IMG/VR virus record: IMGVR_UViG_3300039191_000589
Location: 32,001-96,000 of that record
Source of the DNA: a virus
Length of the DNA: 64,000 nucleotides
Reading direction: 5' to 3' (one strand)
Made by a program: the position numbers and the translations under genes
Notes under the pieces: model-generated
What the model was told of the DNA's origin: nothing
Seen by the model: the letters and a program-made list of their open reading frames with translations, nothing else
The model's database searches: none
Shown here: positions 55,382 through 64,000 of the stretch, in pieces
How positions within the stretch are numbered: the first letter of the stretch is position 1
How the letters are laid out: each line of letters begins with the position of its first letter

Positions 55382-57683
55382 TAATTTTAAACAACAAAAA
55401 GGAGAAAAATTTAATTCAGAGTGTTTTAAAATTAATTTTGATATTAACCGAAAATCAATTGAAGAATACCAAATGATGTTAAGTAATATCTATGGTTTAC
55501 AGTTTATTAATAAACATGAATATACCCCTAAATTTACTTTTGGAATTATTGTTGAAGAAGATCAATATGATTTTTATGCTGTTTGTCCTGAGGAATATAG
55601 TAATATCATTAAAGAACAACATAAGATAATACACCCACATATTAGATATTCTTCTTTTAATGACCCTCTGAAACAATTTGAAAATTATTTAAGTAATGGT
55701 AAAATGCATTATATTAGTGGATACAGGTTAATGTTAAATGATAATACTGATAAATCGATACAAACACCTAACAAATCAAGATTTTTATTAAATATTATAT
55801 CAAATATGATGGATGATAAATATAATGATAAAAGTATTTTTGAGATTACTTTTAAACCTATAAATAATAACAATAATATTAATAATAATAAAATATTAAA
55901 TACATTAGATACAACTGTAAAAGGATTAAGTTATGCTATGGATTTTTTCTTTAATAGTAATTTAAGTGATCCTTATAAGAATAAAGAGAAAACAAAGATT
56001 AAAGATAATAAAAAAGATAACAGCAATAAATTTACTGCAAAATTTAATGTTGATATAAAAATTATATGTAAATCTAAAAGTAAACAAAGATCTTTAGATA
56101 AAGTTAAAAGTGTTAGTGCATCATTTTCTAATCTTAATAAAAATTCTAAATTTAATGCTATTAAGTTAAAACATGATGATATTATTAATCGTCAATATAA
56201 TCATAAAAATATATTAACTGTTGAAGAAATTTCTCAATTTATGCATTTGCCTCATGATATAGGTGAAGAAAATTATACTAGACTATATGATGATAGAGTA
56301 CCAAGCAAAGGAATAGTATATGGTGATAGCAATGGTAAAGATGTAGCTTTTCCAATGGAAAAAATTAGCCCTGAAAATTATAGTAAAAAGTATAAAGAAA
56401 TAGAAAAATATATTGATGATTTTTCTAAACCATTAGTAATTACAGGGCGTCAAGGTAATGGTAAATCAGAATGGATAGTAAATTTAGCAATAGCTGTAGC
56501 AAAATGTGGGATTTCAGTAATCATAGTAGACCCTAAAGTAGATACTCAAAAAAGATTTATAGAGAGTTTACCTAAAAGTGAAATGGATAGGTTAGATTAT
56601 TTAAATTATGGTGATTTAAGGCATCCTCCAGCTATGAATTTATTTCGACAAAGAAAAGATAATGATCCTATAGAAAATTCATTAATTACATCATCTTTTA
56701 TTGCTTTAATGAAAAAACACTCACGCCACTGGGGATTTAAAATGCAAAGAATGCTCCAAAGAGCTTGTGAGGCTGTATTATTAAATCAAACAAGTACATT
56801 AAATGAATTAGATTTACTTTTAAATGATCCATTATTTAGAGAGCATATTATAGAAGTAATGGAAGGTAAACTAAATGATAATGATCAAAAAAATAAAGCC
56901 CATATAAGAAAATTATTAAGATATTGGAAAAAATTTCATAATGATGATCAAAAGGATATTGATAAAAAAATCGAACCAGCTATGAATGTTATTGGACCAT
57001 TTATAGATAATCAAATTATTAAGACAATAGTTGGCCAAGAAGAATGTTATGATTTTAGAGAAGCTGCTGATAATGGGAGAATAACTATTGTAAATATTCC
57101 AGAAGGTTCGTTAGAAGAAAATACTAAAATATTATCATCAATTATCAATAAAAGAATTTGGTTAGATATGCAATCACGAGCTGATAGTGAATTAAAGGAT
57201 CGTTATCCAACATTTTGGGTTATGGATGAAGCTCATGAAATTTTAGATGAGGAATTTACTGGTATATTAACAAAGGCACGTGCATATCGATTAGGAGTGG
57301 CATTAATTACACAAGGATTAACTAATTTTAGAAGTAGGGGAATGGATAATATGAAAGACTTAATAGAAACTAATTGTCAAAAGAAAATAACTTTTAATAT
57401 ATCATCGTCTGAAAGTAGGCAATTAGCTGAAGAATTTGCTCCTTTGACTCTTAAGGATTTATCTAATTGTCCTAAATATCATTTTTATGCTAAAACATTT
57501 TTAAAATCAGGGGAAATATCTGACCCATTTTTTGTTCACGCACCTTTACCAGCTAACAAAGAAAGGGATTATAATAAGTTTATTGAAAATCATAAAAAGG
57601 GGAGAAAAACAATGGAGGAAATTGAAATAGAGATTGAAGAGAGGATGGATCATATTAGAACAATGAATAAATTAAAGCAATAA
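55368..57683 (+). CDS. virD4: VirD4/TraG-like coupling ATPase
   Basis: GRQGNGKS, IVDPK, MDEAH, ARAYRLG...TQ; no evident N-terminal transmembrane segment. Confidence 0.75.
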   Translation: MGLFNNFKQQKGEKFNSECFKINFDINRKSIEEYQMMLSNIYGLQFINKHEYTPKFTFGIIVEEDQYDFYAVCPEEYSNIIKEQHKIIHPHIRYSSFNDPLKQFENYLSNGKMHYISGYRLMLNDNTDKSIQTPNKSRFLLNIISNMMDDKYNDKSIFEITFKPINNNNNINNNKILNTLDTTVKGLSYAMDFFFNSNLSDPYKNKEKTKIKDNKKDNSNKFTAKFNVDIKIICKSKSKQRSLDKVKSVSASFSNLNKNSKFNAIKLKHDDIINRQYNHKNILTVEEISQFMHLPHDIGEENYTRLYDDRVPSKGIVYGDSNGKDVAFPMEKISPENYSKKYKEIEKYIDDFSKPLVITGRQGNGKSEWIVNLAIAVAKCGISVIIVDPKVDTQKRFIESLPKSEMDRLDYLNYGDLRHPPAMNLFRQRKDNDPIENSLITSSFIALMKKHSRHWGFKMQRMLQRACEAVLLNQTSTLNELDLLLNDPLFREHIIEVMEGKLNDNDQKNKAHIRKLLRYWKKFHNDDQKDIDKKIEPAMNVIGPFIDNQIIKTIVGQEECYDFREAADNGRITIVNIPEGSLEENTKILSSIINKRIWLDMQSRADSELKDRYPTFWVMDEAHEILDEEFTGILTKARAYRLGVALITQGLTNFRSRGMDNMKDLIETNCQKKITFNISSSESRQLAEEFAPLTLKDLSNCPKYHFYAKTFLKSGEISDPFFVHAPLPANKERDYNKFIENHKKGRKTMEEIEIEIEERMDHIRTMNKLKQ

Positions 57684-57687
57684 TTAG

Positions 57688-57719
57688 TAACCAGCTTAGT
57701 GGCTGGTTATTTTTTTTTT
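57688..57719 (+). terminator. Intrinsic terminator closing the T4SS-like operon
   Basis: TAACCAGC-TTAGTG-GCTGGTTA plus T10. Confidence 0.85.
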
Positions 57720-57841
57720 AAAAAAAAATAGAAATAGTGTTATATTATTTAATATAAAAATTATATATTTTATAGAAGATAACATGATGTTGTGCTCTCT
57801 CAATAAAAATAGACAAAATATCAAAAGAAGGAGAGATTGAT

Positions 57842-58261
57842 GTGTATAGAATTAAGACTAAAGAGAATTTAAATTTATTAATTCAAGATATTGGGGTTAC
57901 CTTAAAAGCTGACACAGATACTTGGAGATATATTAATGAGGATGTGTTAGATAATTCCACAGATTTTAAGAATATTAAACATTTAGTTAATATAGAACAG
58001 ATAGATAGCCGGAAAGAAGAAGATATTCCTACTAATGATGAAGAAAATGAGGATGTTACTGAAGTAAATGAAGGGGCTTATGTAATTGATGGTGATTCAC
58101 CGAAAAACCCTGATGATGCTTTTGTAGCAAACCCTAATGAAGAAGGAAATCCCGTTACTGATGATACAATTGAAGAAAATGATGAAACTGATAATATTGA
58201 TAATAAAGAGACTGATAAAGATACAACTAAAGAAGAAAATAATGATAGTGAAGAAAATTAA
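57842..58261 (+). CDS. Hypothetical protein with acidic tail
   Basis: AAGGAG SD, GTG start. Confidence 0.65.
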   Translation: MYRIKTKENLNLLIQDIGVTLKADTDTWRYINEDVLDNSTDFKNIKHLVNIEQIDSRKEEDIPTNDEENEDVTEVNEGAYVIDGDSPKNPDDAFVANPNEEGNPVTDDTIEENDETDNIDNKETDKDTTKEENNDSEEN

Positions 58262-58276
58262 TAGGAGGTTAATCAT

Positions 58277-59239
58277 ATGTCTAAAAGATTAGGGTGGTTA
58301 GAAGAGTTTGCTCAACAGCAAGCTAAAAAAATGCAAAAACAAGCTAGTGTTGAAAATAAAGAAGCTACGACTGTAAAAGAAGGAGATAAAATTATTGTTG
58401 ATACTGATGTAGCACCTAAAGCTGATCAGGATGATGAAATAACTTATCAAAATAATCCATATAAAGTAGTGGATGCTGATTTTGAAGATGATCATGGTCC
58501 TGGTTTAGTATTAAGAGCATTATCTATCGAGGCTGATGAGGATGAAGATGATGATGTAGAAATTGAAGTTGAAGATGATGACGTTGATATAGATGATGTT
58601 GATTTCGGTGATTTAGAAGATGATCTTGATGAATTAGATAATTATGAAACTGAAGAAGTTGAAGTTGATGATACTGAAGATATTGAAATTGATGAATTAG
58701 GTCCTGAGGAAGATAATGAATTTTTAGACGAAGATTTAGAAGTAGTTGATGAAGAACCTGGTGATGATTTAGGTTTGGATGAAGACAATGAATTTATCGA
58801 TGAAGATTTAGAAGTTATTGATGAAGGGCCTACTGGTGACCAATTAGAAGATAATTGGACTGGTGATGTTGGTGAAGGTAAAGAAGATGCTCAAGAATAT
58901 GCCCGAAATAATCCTGGCCACCAATATCATATTGAAACTCAAGATAGAGATGTTAAGGATTTCAATGATGCTGCTGATAAAACTCAACAGCAAATTGAAG
59001 AAGAAAGAAATACTGATCGAACTACAGTAGATGGATATTATTCTCATAATAATATTTTAAATGATATTGTAGAAGAAGCTATAGATACTGAACAAGAAAC
59101 TAGTAAAATGGTAAATAAAACAATGGAAGAACCAAGTGAAGTTAATCAAGAACCAATAGGGCAAGATCCAGAAGATGAAGTTAAAACTGACAAAGGTTTA
59201 AATATTAGAAATACTGTTTTAGATAATATATTAAATTAA
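58277..59239 (+). CDS. Highly acidic protein, distant paralog of 22509..23825
   Basis: YARNNPG motif; duplicated EDNEF(L/I)DEDLEV(V/I)DE. Confidence 0.7.
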   Translation: MSKRLGWLEEFAQQQAKKMQKQASVENKEATTVKEGDKIIVDTDVAPKADQDDEITYQNNPYKVVDADFEDDHGPGLVLRALSIEADEDEDDDVEIEVEDDDVDIDDVDFGDLEDDLDELDNYETEEVEVDDTEDIEIDELGPEEDNEFLDEDLEVVDEEPGDDLGLDEDNEFIDEDLEVIDEGPTGDQLEDNWTGDVGEGKEDAQEYARNNPGHQYHIETQDRDVKDFNDAADKTQQQIEEERNTDRTTVDGYYSHNNILNDIVEEAIDTEQETSKMVNKTMEEPSEVNQEPIGQDPEDEVKTDKGLNIRNTVLDNILN

Positions 59240-59300
59240 AAGGTATTTAAAAATAAATCGGTAAAATTATAAAATAAAATTTGTAGGGAGGATTTTAATA

Positions 59301-59843
59301 ATGAAAAAAAGAGCTAAATTAAATAAAAAAGTATTAAGTTTAGGTAAGAAAGTTGCAAAGGCTGTTGAATTAGAAACTGAGGAGATTTTACAGGATGCTG
59401 AGGAACTTATTAAAAAACACGTTCCAGCACGATATGTAAAAAAAGCATTAGCAAAATTAGAAAATAAAATTGATTCTGAAGGTATAGAGGCTTTATTTGA
59501 TAAAGCAGTAACACGTGAAGCTCTTAGAAAAACAGCAGATAAAACTGCTTCTGCTGAAGAAATTAATGAGGCACTTGATACATTTGCTGACGCTATTGTA
59601 GCGGAAATGGAAGAAGTATTAGAACATGCTGATAATTATATGACTAATAAAGTTAAAACAGCTAAAAGTGAGAAACTCCAATATGAAATTGAATCAAAAT
59701 TAAAGAAAACAGTTGAGGCTAAATTAAAAGAAAAAGGTATTTATTCTAAATTTTCTAGAGTTGTTGAAAAGCCTAAAACTAAAAATACAGAAGCACAAAA
59801 GAAAGAAGCTAATTCTTTCTTAGAAAAAATGAAACAATTATAA
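59301..59843 (+). CDS. Helical K/E/A-rich protein with internal duplication and several KTA/KVA sites
   Basis: AVELETEEILQDAE / AIVAEMEEVLEHAD repeat. Confidence 0.65.
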   Translation: MKKRAKLNKKVLSLGKKVAKAVELETEEILQDAEELIKKHVPARYVKKALAKLENKIDSEGIEALFDKAVTREALRKTADKTASAEEINEALDTFADAIVAEMEEVLEHADNYMTNKVKTAKSEKLQYEIESKLKKTVEAKLKEKGIYSKFSRVVEKPKTKNTEAQKKEANSFLEKMKQL

Positions 59844-59863
59844 TATAAAATTAATTTTTAATC

Positions 59864-59899
59864 AGAACAGGGGACCAAATTATTGGTCCTCTGTTTTTT
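59864..59899 (+). terminator. Intrinsic terminator
   Basis: AGAACAGGGGACCAA-ATTA-TTGGTCCTCTGTTTT. Confidence 0.8.
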
Positions 59900-59935
59900 A
59901 TTTTATAATTGATATTTAATTAGGAGGTGTATTTA

Positions 59936-61087
59936 ATGGATAAATTAAATAATTTATATCATAGAGGAGACAGCGTATTTTTATATATTAAATTTAAACC
60001 ACAAAATGATAATGAGAATATAGAAACTATAGAAAATGCTGAAGTAAGAATATTACAAGATCAAGGTGAAACTATTAAAGAAATATTAAAATGGACAAAA
60101 ATGGATAATCTTAGTGAAGATGAATATTATTATAATTATCAAATACCTTATGATGGCGATATTGGTGAATACCAAGTAATATATAATGGTAATGTAAATG
60201 GTAAAACTGCTCATATAGTAAAAACATTTCATGTAATTCCTAATTCTGAAAAATATGAAAATGCTATTAAATTATATGGTTATGCTTATGATTTTAGAAC
60301 TGATAATCCTTTGGTTGATGTATCATTAAAATTAAAAAATAGAAATAATAATGAAATTGTTTATCAAAGTTTAACTAATCAAGATGGATATTGGGAGGCT
60401 TATGTTTATCCTAATGAATATGAATTTATTTTTAGCAAAGAAGGGTTTGATGATAGAAAAGTAGCTGCTCAAATTGGAAATGAATCTAATGAAATTCAAT
60501 TTAATAATATTAGTTTAAAACCAATTAATGCTGAAAAAAAAGGGAATGGAATGTATGAAATATCTGATCAATATGTTACTAAAAAAGGAACTCCTTTAAG
60601 TGGATTAAAAGTAGAAATTGCTAATATTTTTGATCCTAAAACTATCATAGCTAAAGATGCTACTGATGATAATGGTGAATGGATTTGCTATTTAGATCCA
60701 GGTGATTATTTAATTAATGTTCAAGGAGAATCAATGGGGATTACATTTGATAAAACAATTAAAGTTAAAATAGATGATGAAGGTGAATATGATTTTGTTG
60801 ATTTATCTAATAATGTTGCAGTTGCAAGTAATTCTGAGTATATAGGTCGAGGAGATGGAGAAATAACAGTAACTGATAAAGTTCAAAATAAACAGGGTGA
60901 TGGAATTATTGATGTTCAAATAAATGCTTTTAATAAAGGGGATAAATTAATAGAGGAAAATATTATTGCTCGTGATTATACAAACACTAATGGTGAATGG
61001 ACATTAAAATTAGACCCAGGTAAATATATAATAGAATTTTATCATCCTAATTTCAAAACAATTACCAATGAACGCATAGTAGAATAG
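59936..61087 (+). CDS. Virion protein with three prealbumin/carboxypeptidase-regulatory-like beta-sandwich repeats
   Basis: TNQDGYW...PNEY, TDDNGEW...LDPGDY, TNTNGEW...LDPGKY. Confidence 0.7.
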   Translation: MDKLNNLYHRGDSVFLYIKFKPQNDNENIETIENAEVRILQDQGETIKEILKWTKMDNLSEDEYYYNYQIPYDGDIGEYQVIYNGNVNGKTAHIVKTFHVIPNSEKYENAIKLYGYAYDFRTDNPLVDVSLKLKNRNNNEIVYQSLTNQDGYWEAYVYPNEYEFIFSKEGFDDRKVAAQIGNESNEIQFNNISLKPINAEKKGNGMYEISDQYVTKKGTPLSGLKVEIANIFDPKTIIAKDATDDNGEWICYLDPGDYLINVQGESMGITFDKTIKVKIDDEGEYDFVDLSNNVAVASNSEYIGRGDGEITVTDKVQNKQGDGIIDVQINAFNKGDKLIEENIIARDYTNTNGEWTLKLDPGKYIIEFYHPNFKTITNERIVE

Positions 61088-61191
61088 TTTTTTTGATATA
61101 TTTAAAAGTTAATTGATTGCTTATTAAAAAGTATATAAAAAATAGAAGTACAATTGATTAATATCCTAAAAAATAAAGAGGTGAATTGTAT

Positions 61192-63393
61192 ATGGCAATT
61201 TTTAGAGGTAATAAAATTAGAGGTGGACAGATACAAGATAAAACAGTTGATGGTGCTAAAATAATTAATGATGCATTAACTGATACTCATATTGCAAGTG
61301 ATGCAGCAATTAGTGAGAGTAAGTTAGATATTGATTGGCATGCTCATACTGAGGTTTTACAGGATAAAAAAGTTGTTGATTATGTACAGGCTGATAATTT
61401 AACAGTAGAAGGTCAAGTAATTAATTTAGAAACATTAATACCAGAAATTAGTGATGTTCCTAATGTTACATCAGATGGAACTGATGAAGGTATTATTGTT
61501 GATAATCCTAAAAATGTAATAAGATATGGAAGAAGTTCTGATGGAGAACCTATTATGACTCAAATCGATGGTGTTGACTATGAGGTTAAAGGTAAAGTAA
61601 CTTATAATTCAACTAATGGAAATTATAATTTAGAATTCTACACTAATTCTGGAACTGATGGAGCAGAAGTTGCATATGATCTTAGCTCAGTTCATAATAA
61701 AACTGGTGCTAGTTTAACAGATAGTGGTGATGGTTTAACATTTAATTTCCCTGATGATGAATTACAAAGTGGAACAGTAACATTATATGATAATGGTGTT
61801 GAGGTAACTTCTGGATTTACTATTGATCATGCTAATGGTACTGTAACATTTGATACTTCTCCTGGTACACCTGTTACTGCTGATTATGATTATGCTGGAC
61901 CAGTAGATATTGATATTCAATATGCTCGTAGATTTAACTTAAATACAATTGGAGAAATGTTTGCTGCTAATGAAAAATTTGTTCACAATGCAGCTGATAT
62001 TACTTCTACTCTTAATATTGAACAGGTTGCTAAAGACTTATATGGGTCTACTTATTCTTTAGATAGGGATGGAGATGCTAATTTAAGTACTTCATTAGCT
62101 GATCAAATTGCTAATGAAACATCTCGAGCTCAATCAGCAGAACAAGCAAATGCTCAAGCAATTTCTGATGAAGAAAGTGCACGTCAGAATGCTGATGCCA
62201 ATTTACAAAACCAATTAGATACATTAAATGGTGATGCTACTGTTACGGGTTCTGTTGATAGTAAGATTAAGAGTCAAGTATTAGATCCTTTATCTTCAGA
62301 TGCAGCTGGTAATGGAGCAGCAATGGTTGCAATTGAACCTGTTTCTGGAATGGACACTGCCACTACTGTTCAAGATGCAATTGAATACTTAAAGAATAAT
62401 GGATCAGATGCAGTAACTACTTTAGAAGGCGATTTAAGTTCTACTGAAGCAGATAATAGTGGTGCTACTTTAGTTGGTGTAGATGGATCATTTGGGTATG
62501 ATGGTGGAACTACTGTAGAGGCTGTTTTACAAGATCATGAAACTAGATTAGATGTAATTGAAGGAGATGCTTCTACTGAAGGATCTATTGATAATAAGAT
62601 TAAAACTCAAGTTACTGATCCTTTAGCTGACGATAATGCAGACGGATCTGGTCAAGCTGGTGCTACTTTAGTTGCAGTTGATGCTAATGAAGCATTTAAT
62701 GGGGCTAATGTAGAGGCAGTATTAGTTGATCATGAAAGTAGAATTACTGATCTAGAAAATGGATTAGGAAATGGTACTGATAGATCAGAAACAACTAATG
62801 GATATTTCACTGCTGTTTCATTTGATACTATTGATGCTAGATTAGAAGATAGTGAATCTATTGTAGATGCTGAATTAGATAGAATTGATGATCGATATAA
62901 TACAGATAAAAATAGAGCAGCTACAACAAATGGAGTATTTGCCGCAGCTGATAAAGCTACATTAGATGCAAGATTTGAAGATATTGAAAATGAAGTTGAT
63001 GCTAAGAGTAATGAAATAGAAACAGCTCGTGGAAGTGCTGATGATTTAAATGGTAGATTATCTGTTTCTTTAAATGATGATGGTACATTAGTAAATGGAG
63101 AACAAATTCACTCTCACAAAAAGTATACTTATACTATGACAAGTAATCAAACACAAGTTATTTTACCAAATGGAGAGTACTTTAATATTAGTGGTGCTAC
63201 TGGATCTGGATCAGTTGCAACAGATACAGTTCAGGTATATGTAAATGGTATTTTACAAGCTAATGGAATTAACTTTACAGAGCTTGAAGATACTGAAGAT
63301 ACTACTAAAGGTGTTGGAGTAGACTTTGGTACTGAAGAATTAGTAAGTGGAGATGTTGTAGTAATTGAATGGGTTGAAAATAACGAACAATAA
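61192..63393 (+). CDS. Tail fibre/virion structural protein
   Basis: G/A/T/D-rich; repeated GA.LV.V and VEAVL.DHE.R; C-terminal VYVNGILQ module as in 42106. Confidence 0.7.
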   Translation: MAIFRGNKIRGGQIQDKTVDGAKIINDALTDTHIASDAAISESKLDIDWHAHTEVLQDKKVVDYVQADNLTVEGQVINLETLIPEISDVPNVTSDGTDEGIIVDNPKNVIRYGRSSDGEPIMTQIDGVDYEVKGKVTYNSTNGNYNLEFYTNSGTDGAEVAYDLSSVHNKTGASLTDSGDGLTFNFPDDELQSGTVTLYDNGVEVTSGFTIDHANGTVTFDTSPGTPVTADYDYAGPVDIDIQYARRFNLNTIGEMFAANEKFVHNAADITSTLNIEQVAKDLYGSTYSLDRDGDANLSTSLADQIANETSRAQSAEQANAQAISDEESARQNADANLQNQLDTLNGDATVTGSVDSKIKSQVLDPLSSDAAGNGAAMVAIEPVSGMDTATTVQDAIEYLKNNGSDAVTTLEGDLSSTEADNSGATLVGVDGSFGYDGGTTVEAVLQDHETRLDVIEGDASTEGSIDNKIKTQVTDPLADDNADGSGQAGATLVAVDANEAFNGANVEAVLVDHESRITDLENGLGNGTDRSETTNGYFTAVSFDTIDARLEDSESIVDAELDRIDDRYNTDKNRAATTNGVFAAADKATLDARFEDIENEVDAKSNEIETARGSADDLNGRLSVSLNDDGTLVNGEQIHSHKKYTYTMTSNQTQVILPNGEYFNISGATGSGSVATDTVQVYVNGILQANGINFTELEDTEDTTKGVGVDFGTEELVSGDVVVIEWVENNEQ

Positions 63394-63418
63394 TAATAAA
63401 TAATAAAAATATTTAATC

Positions 63419-63448
63419 AATCCCCTGTGGCATCACAGGGGATTATTT
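63419..63448 (+). terminator. Intrinsic terminator
   Basis: AATCCCCTGTG-GCAT-CACAGGGGATT. Confidence 0.8.
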
Positions 63449-63480
63449 AATTCTAATTAAATAATTAAAATATTTTCTAT

Positions 63481-63506
63481 ATATACTAGGATTAATCCTA
63501 GTATAT
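63481..63506. repeat. Perfect 26-bp palindrome
   Basis: ATATACTAGGATTAATCCTAGTATAT. Confidence 0.85.
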
Positions 63507-63611
63507 TTTTATGTACTATTCTATTTTTAACTTCATAAGGAAATGAATATTAAAAAATTAAAAATATATTTAAAATATTGAATCAATAAAACATAGGAGG
63601 TGTTTTTATAA

Positions 63612-64000
63612 ATGATTAATTATGGTTTAAGTTTTAATGGAACAAGTAGTTTTATAGATTTAGGTGATATTAATACTCCATCTAATACTAATAATGTAGT
63701 AGTAATTAAAGCAAGAGTTAAATTTAATTCTTTAATTGGGCACCAAGCAATTTTTAATGATGGTGGATATAAACAGGGTATTGAATTTGGTTTATATAAT
63801 GGAGAATTACATTTAGCAGTTGAAAATAGTGATAGTCATAGAAGTATTGGTTATGATGTTTCAAATTTAAAATCTAACAAATGGTATGAATTAGAAGGGA
63901 TAGCAGATGGATCAAGTGGACAAATGTATCTTAAGGTTGATGGTAATGTAGTTAAGTCTGATATATCATTAAATTCTTTTACTAGTTTTGATGGGACTGA
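63612..64000 (+). CDS. LamG/concanavalin-A-like domain protein, truncated at window end; not in ORF track
   Basis: AGGAGGTG SD; MINYGLSFNGTSSFIDLG...KWYEL...MYLKVDG; frame open to the end. Confidence 0.75.
   Translation, partial: MINYGLSFNGTSSFIDLGDINTPSNTNNVVVIKARVKFNSLIGHQAIFNDGGYKQGIEFGLYNGELHLAVENSDSHRSIGYDVSNLKSNKWYELEGIADGSSGQMYLKVDGNVVKSDISLNSFTSFDGT

Noticed and set aside
50138-57719. Independent integrated ICE or plasmid
   Set aside because: No integrase, relaxase or flanking direct repeats were seen, so it is not called as a mobile element; the possibility is not fully excluded
8486-59047. Many short antisense or alternate-frame ORFs in the track (e.g. 8486, 11009, 11058, 17895, 18629, 21132, 21478, 22824, 23462, 25030, 26056, 28541, 29476, 30230, 31168, 31437, 32418, 32443, 35194, 48005, 50645, 50712, 53839, 58298, 58844)
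   Set aside because: They overlap longer, well-supported plus-strand genes, lack evident SD sites, and have compositions expected of shadow frames
1-64000. tRNA, rRNA, introns or inteins
   Set aside because: No cloverleaf or rRNA-like segment was seen in the short intergenic gaps, and terminase and helicases are of ordinary length; a tRNAscan/Rfam run would be needed to be certain

Overview
Very AT-rich, densely coding, almost entirely plus-strand segment of a large (probably jumbo) tailed dsDNA phage genome. The host is inferred to be a flagellated, low-GC Firmicute: strong GGAGG Shine-Dalgarno (SD) sites, sigma-A-type promoters, and host-like FliN and HD-GYP genes. The window holds head morphogenesis genes (large terminase, portal fusion, prohead protease, scaffold-like protein, capsid accessory protein, major capsid protein) and DNA/nucleotide metabolism genes (5'-3' exonuclease, Tmk, Tdk, dimeric-type dUTPase, DinG- and PcrA-type helicases, DEDD exonuclease). 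It also has a sigma factor downstream of S8 and M16 protease genes, and tail/virion-like genes at the right end. Two features stand out. (1) At least nine otherwise unrelated proteins start with a protein-level-conserved leader MKRL(I/L)(K/R/Q)Kx, mostly ending K-K-S/A. A K-x-A/S motif also recurs in the head proteins, which suggests a T4-CTS-like capsid-targeting and protease-maturation system with polyprotein cargo. (2) A terminator-bounded block encodes a wHTH + tubulin (TubR/TubZ-like) pair followed by a minimal type IV secretion/conjugation-like set (pilin, two unannotated membrane micro-proteins, VirB6-, PrgI-, VirB4- and VirD4-like), with no relaxase in the block. All family assignments come from motif recognition by eye; no searches were run.
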